In this document: positions 37,790-48,366 of the stretch, piece by piece | Numbering within the stretch: the first letter of the stretch is position 1 | Layout of the letters: every line of letters begins with the position of its first letter | Assembly (NCBI GenBank): GCA_051362555.1 | Contig: CM120642.1 | Location: 26,288,001 to 26,352,000, forward strand | Length of the DNA stretch: 64,000 nucleotides | Direction of reading: 5' to 3' | Origin: Lingula anatina | Lineage: Eukaryota > Animalia > Brachiopoda | Program-made: the position numbers and the translations under genes | The notes under the pieces: generated by a model | The model's database searches: none | The model's input: the letters and a program-made list of their open reading frames with translations, nothing else | What the model was told of the DNA's origin: nothing

Positions 37790-38700
37790 TATGTACAATT
37801 CCTTTCTTTGGAAGTTGCATAAAAAGCATTCATGCAGTATACATTCAATATACATAATTTATCAATACATACAAACAAATGATCAGAAACACAGTTTATT
37901 TAGTTTTCAAAAAAAAAAAAAAAAAAATTACAGGCATGAAAAATGGCATCTACGTTCTTATAGCTATACATTCACCAGGCCTTCCCAACTACCAAACGCG
38001 GCACCGAACGATCCAGTATTAGATCGGACCACTTTACCTGTTTTCAAGGGCGGTTCCAAGATTGTATTTGAAAGGGGGTCCACGGATGCCGATCTCTCTC
38101 CCCCCCCCCCCCCCCCCCCAAAACACACCTGGCGTGGGGCTCGGGGCCCACTGGAAGGCGTCTATCTATTTATTTATTTATTTATTTTTATTTTTTGTAT
38201 TTAAAAATACCCTGTACACTCAGACTATGTTGGGTCTTAGAGCAAACGCATCCGGAAGAACTGCAGCTTTCAAAAGGTGTCTTTACTTAACAACCCATGC
38301 AGTATCGAAAGCCACTATGTTCCCATTCTTTGCAAGGGGTAAATTAGGTTGAATTTCGATATTTTTGGATTCTATTTCCCAGACTTATTACCAAACGTTT
38401 TCGGGGATCGGAAACCACTGTATAACTAGCACAAGGGGGTAGCTTCAGATGCTAGCAGAGGGGGTAACTGAATATGTTAATTATTCAGGCCGGGACTAGC
38501 AACCAACTTGTGGATTACACCAAACACGGAGGGAACAACTGCATGCGCCAAATCAAGCTGGTTTTCGAGTTTATACGTCCGGTGTGACGTGACAGAGAGT
38601 CCCCAAAAACAGAGAGTACGCTTCCCATTCATTTGTACAGGTGAGCCTTGCCCTAGATTTTGACCCAATTAGGTCAGACTAACCCTAACCATTATAACTA
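37790..38700 (+). repeat. Inter-unit spacer 'Y', duplicated at ~47115-47940; contains a putative promoter/non-coding first exon of genes 4 and 5
   Basis: Near-identical blocks. Both end in GGTGTGACGTGAC (CRE-like TGACGT) ... TTTGTACAG|GTGAGC (donors at 38641 and 47880). The duplication is seen directly; the promoter role is inferred. Confidence 0.7.
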
Positions 38701-39500
38701 CCGGTATATGGAAGGCGGCAGAGCTCAGGGAGCATTCAGATTTAACATATCATACCACCAGGGTTGATCCATATCTGCTGGGATTCTCGTTCACATGGAG
38801 TTAATTACCCCCTAGCTGCTGAAGTTGGCATATAACACATTTTAACTGATAACGGCTGCTTCAATCGAGCGTTTTTATTGCAGCTATCATAGTGAGTTGT
38901 GTCAATCATAAAATGCTCTGAGCTCTGGCTGACTGTATTTGCACATTTTATTTCAATTTAGTTAAAATGAAAATAAACGGAATAATTTGTACTTAGCAGC
39001 ATTACTTAAAATATAACATTTGTAGGGAAAGAAGGCGCAAGAAGGCGGGAAAGAAGGCAAAGTTTTGGGTGAAAACAATTTGCTCATGTCAGCAATGTAG
39101 CCTTGTTTGATTATCCTTGTTCTATATGGTTGTTAAAAAATTACCCATTTATTCTTATTACATAGTCCCTGAAAGGAAGTTTTCTGTGTTTACTTGTGAC
39201 TTGACTCTTTTTTTAAGTGTATTGCACTGTGAACAGCGCCCAATTGCACAATTTAGGGAGACCATCATCTACTAGATTGATGGAACTTTTTAAGATAATA
39301 TTAAACTAGTTTACTAGTAAATATTTTATGGGATTTTATACAGGTATGAAAAAGAAGATAAACAGAAAGTTGTGGGTGCAAATGATCTATTAGCATCAGT
39401 ATTATTCTCACTAATAATCATTATTCCCTAAAAATTTTTTTCAAACAATTCATTCATTTTATTTTCATTAGTCCCCAATAACGAAGTGTTAAGCAAGAAA

Positions 39501-42500
39501 ATGGGCAGAAGGAAAATAACAAAGAAGAGTGGCAAAGGATTGGTTGATATTGGTATTCAAATAGATAGATGGAATGTAGTACGGGAAAAGCTACAAATTA
39601 TGCGACATCCCGAAGTGGCTAAACTGCTGTTAGATACGTGAGTATGGATACTTTCCTATATAATGTATATTTTATTGATGTAGTGTTATCCTTATATTTT
39701 TCCCTTGGCGATTAATCAGCCTATCCTAGCTGATATCAAGCAAAACATATAACTTCAGTTTTTTTTTTTTTTTTTTGTACATGTACGAGATTATTACTCA
39801 ATAAATCCCACATTTGCTTGGACTCATAATATGTTGGATAGGATACTGCCCATACTTCAGAGGCTTACCCCATCTCCTGATATCAATGCTTCCTTCCAGT
39901 CCAGGTTTTATGTATGATGTCGAGTTGTCATGCTTATACATTTTTTTGTTTAAGAGTAAACATTGAAATGTTAGGTAAATGTTAGGTACTGTATTATTAG
40001 TACCACCAGCGTATACGCTGGCGGTACTCATGGTTTTAGTCCCGACCCGTCTCGTACAGCTCCGCCGGCTCCTGCGGCTCCGCAGTCGGGCGCCGGAAAC
40101 AAGTCACCGTTACCGCTTCTCCTCCTAGACCGCCAGGACCTGTGTCCCCATCTCTTGGATTTAGGTCACATATAATCTCAACTTGAACACCCTGTTTTTT
40201 TTATCTCTGTCGGTGCATTGGCCTGGGCGTGACACTTGTTGAAACGCACCCTTGTCAAAATTTTTGAAAATTCAAGGCTAAATATCTCCCAAACCAAAGG
40301 AATTATGGGAAAAATTACTACAGAAGTCTGACCGAAACTCATATGTGGAGATTCCAAATATGCCCTTGGATTTGACTTTTGACCTTTTTTTCAAGGTCAA
40401 ACAAGCCAAAATTTTCTAAAAAATGGGAATTTTCTGCAAAAAAATATTTGTTTGTGCTATTTTTTGGAAACTACACAGATCTAAGCTCTCCTGTTACAGT
40501 GAGGGGTTACAATTGGGGACTCCTTTCATCTTTGGGAGTTTGGGGTCAATCGGTGCATTTTCACGGGAGAAGCAGCCATTAGATCCCGAAACTGAAAACT
40601 TGTTTTTATTCTGGAATGGTAAATGCCAGAAACCTTTTGTTCATCGCATTTTGTAGAACTTGTCAAGTGCAATACTGGAGGTGGTGTCCATTTTTTTATT
40701 TTCGATATGGTTTAGGCATTGCGCTATATCAAAAATTACAACATTGCAATATTCAGTGGGGAAAATGATAAATATTCCAAAATTAGCAGAGATATGCCCA
40801 TAGTTACTATTGAACTTGAGTAAGAAGTCATATACTGGTAATCTAACTGTGACCTTGAAATTGACCTTTGACCTACATTTCATGATGAACTGCACTTTGA
40901 AGTTTTCTGATCTTTATATCTCCAAAACTGGCAAAGATACGCCCATAATTACTATTGAACTTGAATAGGAAGTTATATACTGTTAATCTAACTGTGACCT
41001 TTAAATTGACATTTGACCTACTTTTCACCATGAACTGAACTTTGCAAATTTTCCAGCCCTTATATCTCCAAAACTGGCAGAGATACACCCATAGTTACTG
41101 TTAAACATGAATAGGAAGTCATATACTGGCATTCTTATTGTGACCTTGAAATTGACCTTTGACCTACTTTTCAACATGAACTGAACTTTGCAAATTTTCT
41201 ATCCCTTATATCTCGAAAACTGGCAGAGATAGGTCCAAAGTTACTATTGAACTTGAATAGAAAGTCATAAACTGGCAATCTTACTGTGACCTTGAAATTG
41301 ACCTTTGACCTACTATTTATGTTGAACTGCACTTTGCATGTTTCCTGGCCTTCATATCTCCAACATTGGTAAAGAAATGCCCATAGCTACTATTGAACCT
41401 TTATAGGAAGTCATATACTGTGGCCTTGAAATTGACCTTTGACCTACCTTTTTACCACAAACTGAACTCTGCATATTTTCGTGCCCTTCATATCTTCAAA
41501 ACTAGCAGAGATCTGCTCAGTGTTGTCCCTAGGTTTTCTCTTTTGTCAGCATACCGGTATATGCAATACTGATAATGCATTTCAAGGAAAACCAATAGGC
41601 CTACAGTGTTCATTCTAGGACGCGCCCTTGCGTCATTGACGCAGAAAAAATGTGGTTGACGCAATTCGTAGAGCGAGCTGCGCCAACAAAATTCAAGAGA
41701 ATTAACAGCGGCGCATTTTTGTGTTCTAAACGCGCCCTCCAATTCGGCAAATTCACGGCCGAAGTTTGATTGTTTACTCGACTTCTCTTGACATCAAGAT
41801 CTAATGTTAAACGTTACGAAGATATTCTTAACTCGTCGCAGTTTTAACAAAGATCTTAATTTATGCTGACGTCATGCGCTTTATGCAAATCAGTGGCGAT
41901 CGCCCCTCCTATTTTGAATCCCTGATAGGCTGAGATTAATTGTCCATGTAGGTCAATTTGATCAACCCGTACATTGTGCATGGTGGCGGAGAAGAAGTAA
42001 AATGGTATTTTAAGTTTTTTAAAGAAAATCGATCCCGAAGATCACTCTAAAACGGCTCAGAACAGTAGCGACGGAGATGATCATGATCATGCACAGCAGA
42101 CATTCCCACCAGAAAAGAGAACAAAAGTTTGTGCAGCCGTCACGACTGCTGATACCGCGTCGAATAGCAATGCAACTTCAAGGTCGTTTTAAAAATGGTG
42201 GAGAAATACTTACAAGTGGCTTGTACACGACGATAACGCAAATTTGGTGTATTGCAGCTTATGCATTGAAAAAAAGGACAATATGTTCTTTCAAGGGACT
42301 AATAAATTTCGAACGAATACCCTTATGCGACATGAGACGTGCGCTGCCATGCAAGAAACGTCGGAAGCAGCTCAAGCTAAACAGGCTTTTTGCAGAGCTT
42401 TAGAAGGTAAGATATTATTTTTTTGTCAATATTTATTTACAACACAGAGCAATAGACATCAAAGTGATTATCGTGACGGTCCCGGACCCACGTGTTGTAA

Positions 42501-43783
42501 TTATATTTGTGCAGTTTGAGGAACTCTTGACAGTGCATTCTGGGATATCGCAATGTTGAACAACTATGTAAACAATGTGTTTGCTGCGTCGCATTGACAT
42601 AGGGCGTCAAGCTCATGCTATTTCCCAGAACCTTATTTTTTGTATATATAGATCTAGGTAAATTTTTTCACATTCATTTTTCATAATTTTATTGTGTTGA
42701 GAGATTTGGGCTCAGTTCATGGTGATTAAGGGAAAAATAAAGTAAGGGATAGTGTGCTGGAGTATTCTTTGTGGATACCTTCAACACTACTAAACATTTT
42801 ATGCAGATTTTTATGCCAAAATTCAAATTTAATTGTAACTTTTATAACAATTCTAGGTAAAGGTGGAGCAATCATGGCAGTGGTGAAATCAGTTTACTGG
42901 ATTGTTTAAGAGGGCATTGCAATCCACAAGTTCGGAAGGACTTAAATGTTGTCTGGTATACCTGGCAGCTAAATTTCTCCTGAAAGTGGGGAAAAGGTCA
43001 TTGTCAATTCTCCAGGGACCACCTTGTGACTTGTGCTAATTATGAGAAACAGTGCAAGGCAATACAGTGTCAATTCATTGACAATCTCATTAACAACATA
43101 AAAAAAGGAACAATTCTTAAAGTGATTTTTAGTAAGACCTATGTCTCTGCTGTCGAAATATGTGTGATATCATTCTCAATCTGGTAGCTTTTTATCAACG
43201 AATTATATATCATTATCAGGGATGAGACAATTAATTTCATAAGTCATGAATGCATGCCAGTTAGTCAAGGGTCAATGATAATGGGACAGGACAGAAGAGG
43301 TAAAATTAAATGGATTTTTCATAAATTGAAGCCAAAAATGGGTTTAAAATGTCGTTATAGAAAGAACTTGGTTATTGGTGAATAAATCGTGAACATATTT
43401 TAGTGTTATCTTATACTTGTTAACAAAAATTGGAGCGTCAACTCAAGGGTTTTGTTTTAGAAAATTGGGATTACTTATTGAATGTGATCACCTATTAGTC
43501 AAAATATTTTTATGATAATTTTTTTTCATCTCTGAACATAAATACCACAGCAGTAAAACAACATGCGTTACATATTATAATTTCAAGATTTGAACAAGGG
43601 CCCACTTTAAAATGTAATGGCCCACTTTTTTAAATGTTGGGGGCCCTTTGTCCCACATTGAAACATTCCTAGAATGAACACTGGGCCTATTGTCTAGAAA
43701 ATCACAGGAGTGATCAGTGTTAGGAAAATATAGGTCAATTTGAACATCTCCTTGATTGGACCATTTTAACTGTTATGTTTTTT

Positions 43784-43830
<47 letters not shown>

Positions 43831-46800
43831 TTGTGCATATTTTGAGAACTCTTGTTTATTGCATTTTATAGAGCTTGTCAAGCACAAGACTGGTGGTGGT
43901 GTCCAATTTTTTTTTATTATTTTTTGGGGGGGGGTGTCCTTACGAATGTGCTTACTCCAGCTGGTGGTACAATATCCAGAGGCGGTATCGCCTCTCTGAT
44001 CCTCTAGTTATTTTCTGAAAGTAATATATATACCATATTTAAGGTTTACATTATGATTAGGTACATTGCATTTTGATTAGGTACTTCATATCTACTGGTC
44101 TTAGTTCCAACCTCGATCAAGCTGCTGATGAAGAAATCGGTGACACCAGTGGGCAGAGTAAGTCAAGACAGGACACTCCTCATGATCCATGCTGGCATTT
44201 ACATATGTGATAATAGAGTCATTGATCTCTATCATCTACCAGACTGATGGAACTTATTAAAATAATATTAAACTAGGTTAAATAATGTATTAATTTTATG
44301 TGAAAAAGAAGATATATACAGAAAGTTGGGGGTGCAAACAATCTATTAGCGTTAGTATTATTCTCACTTGATTAATAATCATTATTCCCTAAATTTTTTT
44401 TCAAACAATTCATTCATTTTATTTTCATTAGTCCCCAAAAAGGAATTGGTAAGCAAGAAAATGGGCAGAAGGAAAATAAAACCAAGATATAAGCAGAATT
44501 GCAAAGGATTGGTTGATATAGGTATTCAAATAGACAGATGGAAAGTAGTGCGGGAAAAGCAACAAATGATACGACATCCTGAAGTGGCTAAACTGCTGTT
44601 AGATATGTGAGTATGGATACTTTCCTGTATAATGTAAGGTCTACAGACCCTTTTATAAATATATATACTACTTAAGGTTTAAATTATGTTTTTTAATATT
44701 AAAATATTGCATTTTTATTAGGTACTTCAAATCTACTGGTCTCAGTTCAGACCTGGATGATTCTTCTGATGATGAAATTGGTGACACCAGTGGGCAGTGC
44801 GAGTCAAGAGAGGACAATCCTCATGATCCTTGCTGGCTTTTACGTATGTGATAATAGAGTCATCGATCTCTATCATCTATCAGACTGATGGAACTTTTTA
44901 AGATAATATTATACTAGGTTAAATAATGTATAAATTTAAAATGAAAAAGAAGATAAACAAAGTTTTGGGTACAAACGATCTATTAGCGTCAGTATTATTC
45001 TCACTAGATTAATAATCATTATTCCCTTAAATTTTGTTCAAACAATTCATTCATTTTATTTTCATTAGCCCCCAAAAGGGAAGTGTTAAGCAAGAAAATG
45101 GACAAAAGTAAAATAAAACCAAGATTTGAGCAGAGTGGCAAAGGATTGATTGATATTGGTATTCAAATAGATAGATGGAATGTTGTGCGGGAAAAGCTAC
45201 AAATTATGAGACATCCTGAAGTGGCTAAACTGCTGTTAGATACGTGAGTATGGATACTTTCTTATATAATGTAAGGTCTACAGACCCTTTTATTTTATTG
45301 ATGTAGTGTAATCCTTATATCTTTTCCCTATTTTGGTTAATCTCTAGCGATTAATCAGCCTGTCCTGATAACAAACAAAACATAACATCAGTTTTCTTTT
45401 GATTCATGTACAAGATTATTACTCAATAAATACCATGTTGCTTGGATCCATAATATGCTGGATACTTCAGAGGCTTACCCCCTCTCTTGATACCAACGCT
45501 TCCTTCCAGGGCAGGATTTTAGTGTGACGTCAAAGTTGTCCTGCTAACACAAATGTTTTCCTTTAAGATTAAACATATTGATATGTTATTGTTTATTATT
45601 TTCTGAAAGTATTATATATACTACTAAATTATGTCTTAATATTTTTTTGATTAGGTACTTCAAATCTACTGGTCTCAGTTTGGACCTGGACGATTCTTCT
45701 GATGAAGAAATTGGTGACACCAGGGGGCAGTGCGAGTCAAGACAGGACAATCCTCATGGTCAAGAAGCTGTAGGTAGTGTTCCAGTATCACTTGGAACAG
45801 ATAATAATATTCCAGATCAAATATTGAATTTGAAAGTTGATTCAGATTCCGTTAGCATGTTTACAGGTGAAAATATGTGTGAAAAGACTGATGCTATAGT
45901 TGTCAGCCAGAGCAAAGAAATTGAAAAAGAACCTCAGAATCTTGAGGTTCTTCAGGATGAGATAAGTGAGGAAGTAAATGATGTCCCAGAAAAAGATTAT
46001 GGTTTTAAAGAACAAAACGATGGAAATGTAGAAGCAGATGATGAAGAGTTCAAGTCTGGAGGTGAGGAAAGTGATAATTTTTATGAACCAAGTGATGAAG
46101 ATCTTGAAACAGATGATGATAGTAGTGAGGGAAGTGATGATGCTTATGAACCGGGAGATGAAGGATATGTACAAAACAAAAGAAAATGCCAAAAATGTCA
46201 CAAGTTTATTCCAAAGGCATCATTTAAGAAGCATCAAGAAGTGCATGAGAAGAAACAGAAGATGGAATGCATATACTGTGGTAGTTGTTTCGAAAATGTT
46301 GAGGAATTTAATGCACATGTGCATGAAACAAAACCTATCCATGAATGTCAGTTCTGTGGAAATTTCTTTGAACTCTACAGGAAATTCAGTAAACATGTCA
46401 AAGCGTGCCAAAAAACAAGAGAAAATGGGACAGTTACGAGGTCATTTGTTTGCCAGTTTTGTGGTAAAAGTTATCCTTCTGCAAATTCCCTCAAGAAGCA
46501 TGAGAAACATCACATAAGTGGATCATATTTTTGTCAGTACTGCCTTAAAGAATTTGAGTTTAAATGTGCTGCTAAAGCTCATGAAAAAACACATGCAGAG
46601 GCAAATATATACATTTGCAAACATTGCGGAAAAGTTTGTGCCAATAAAATAAGTTGTAGAGCACATGAAAAGACACACTCTGCAGAGGCAGCCAAGGAAT
46701 CACAATACGATGAAAGTTTTTTATGCCAAATTTGTGGCAAGAGCTATTGCACAAAATCTAATATGGAGATACATATTAGATATCACACTGGTGAAAGGCC

Positions 46801-47053
46801 TTACAAATGCCAGATTTGCTTAAAGTCCTATGTTGGTAGTTTCCATCTCAAACGGCATATGTTAATTCACCAAGGCCAGAAACTATTCAAATGCAATTTC
46901 TGTGAGAAGTCTTTTCCACGAAAAGATGCCTATGTTAGTCATATGAGAGTGCACACAGGGGAGAAACCTTACAAATGTAGCTACTGCCCTGAAGCCTTTT
47001 CTCACAATGTCAGTCGTAAGGCACATGAAAAAGTTCACAGCGAAAGAAAATGA
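39501..47053 (+). CDS. C2H2 zinc-finger gene 4; exons 39472(ATG 39501)-39637, 44081-44157, 44432-44606, 44722-44843 (alternative donor, uncertain), 45069-45243, 45655-47053
   Basis: Paralog with an intact finger exon. The first intron is expanded by a 4-kb transposon. The frame is open (2085 nt) if the GTATGT donor at 44844 is used. Confidence 0.8.
40780..41515 (+). repeat. About five tandem 145-146-bp repeats (core GTGACCTTGAAATTGACCTTTGACCTAC) inside the HINE
   Basis: Equivalent positions at 40801, 40946, 41092, 41238 and 41384. Confidence 0.85.
41604..43683 (+). mobile_element. Deleted hAT-type transposon (ZNF862/TTF-zinc-finger-like N-terminus) nested in the HINE
   Basis: Perfect 17-bp TIR CAGTGTTCATTCTAGGA / TCCTAGAATGAACACTG, flanked by GGCCTA on both sides. 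Broken ORF at ~42180-42407 (RSF*KWWRNTYKWLVHDDNANLVYCSLCIEKKDNMFFQGTNKFRTNTLMRHE) resembles a TTF-type zinc finger; VYWIV*EGIAIHKF lies at ~42892. Confidence 0.75.
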
Positions 47054-47968
47054 ACATTAAATTTGTTTTTAGCTCAACCTTTTATTAATCTCTTATAATT
47101 TGTTTTGTATTAATTACAATTCCTTTCTTTGGAAGTTGAATAAAAAGCATTCATTCAGTATACATTCAATATACATAATTTATCAATACATACAAGCAAA
47201 TGATCAGAAACACAGTTTATTTAGTTTTCAAAAAAAAAAAAAAAAAAGTTACAGGCATGAAAAATGGCATCTACGTTCTTAGCTATACTTTCACCAGGCC
47301 TTCCCAACTACCAGACGCGGCACCGAACGATCCAGTATTAGATCGGACCACTTTACCTGTTTTCAAGGGCGGTTCTAAGATTGTATTTGAAAGGGGGGCC
47401 ACGGATGCCGATCTCTCCCCCCCCCCCCCAAACACACACACACATACACACATACTTGGCGTGGGGCTCGGGGCCCACTGAAAGGCGCCTTTTTTTTTTT
47501 TTAAATACCCTGTATACTCAGACTATGTTGGGTCTTAGAGCAAACGGGTCCGGAAGAACTGCAGCTTTCAAAAGGTGTCCTTAACAACCCATGCAGTATC
47601 GAAAGCTACTAGGTTCCCATTCTTTGCAAGGGGTAAATTAGGTTGAATTTCGATATTTTTGGATTCTATTTCCCAGATCTTATTATCAAACGTTTTCGGG
47701 GATCGGAAACCACTGTATAACTAGCACAAGGGGGTAGCTTCAGATGCGAGCAGAGGGGGTAAATGCAGATGTTAAATCGTCTGGCCGGGACCAGCAACAC
47801 CAAACACGGTTTATACGCCGGTGTGACGTGACAGAGAGTCCCCCACAACAGAGAGTACGCTTCTCATTCATTTGTACAGGTGAGCCTCGCCCTAGACTTT
47901 GACCCACTTAGGTCAGACTAACTCTAACCATTATAACTACAGTATATAGAGATGGAGGACGGCAGCGC

Positions 47969-48128
47969 CGGTTACATGCCTATACGTCCCCGCACCAATA
48001 CTTCCCCGCACCGATACTCCTCCACAATTACAGATATACTGATGGGGAGTATCGGTGCAGGGGAATAATGGTGCAGAGGAGTATCAGTGCGGGGGAGTAA
48101 CGGTGCGGTTGTGTATTAACATGACCCC
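47969..48128. mobile_element. Small foldback MITE with CCCCGCACC(A/G)ATACT subrepeats
   Basis: Direct repeats on the left are mirrored as inverted repeats on the right; absent from the paralogous region upstream of gene 4. Confidence 0.55.
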
Positions 48129-48366
48129 TGCACTTTTTATTTCAATTTAGTTAAAATGGAAATAAGCAGAAACATTTGAACTTAGCAGCATAACTTAATA
48201 TGAAATTTGTGGGGAAAGAAGATGGAAAAAGTTTTGGGTGAAAATTATTTGTAAATGTCAGTGTTATAGCCTTGCTTGATTAGCTCTAAAAGTTTGTTCT
48301 AAGGTTATAAAATAATTTATCCGTTTCATTCTTATTAGTCCTCTAAAGGAAGTGTAAGGCAAGAAA

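Larger units (their letters stand above)
39996..44009 (+). mobile_element. ~4-kb Helentron-associated (HINE-type) element in the first coding intron of gene 4
   Basis: 5' sub-terminal IR GTACCACCAGC within a local hairpin (GTACCACCAGCGTATACGCTGGCGGTAC), 3' IR GCTGGTGGTAC, 3' hairpin AGAGGCGGTATCGCCTCT, CTAGTT end, insertion in a T-rich site. Absent from paralogous introns. Confidence 0.75.

Noticed and set aside
38679-38691. CTAACCCTAACC telomere-like motif
   Set aside because: Only two units, and the paralogous copy (~47919) is degenerate; not an interstitial telomere array.
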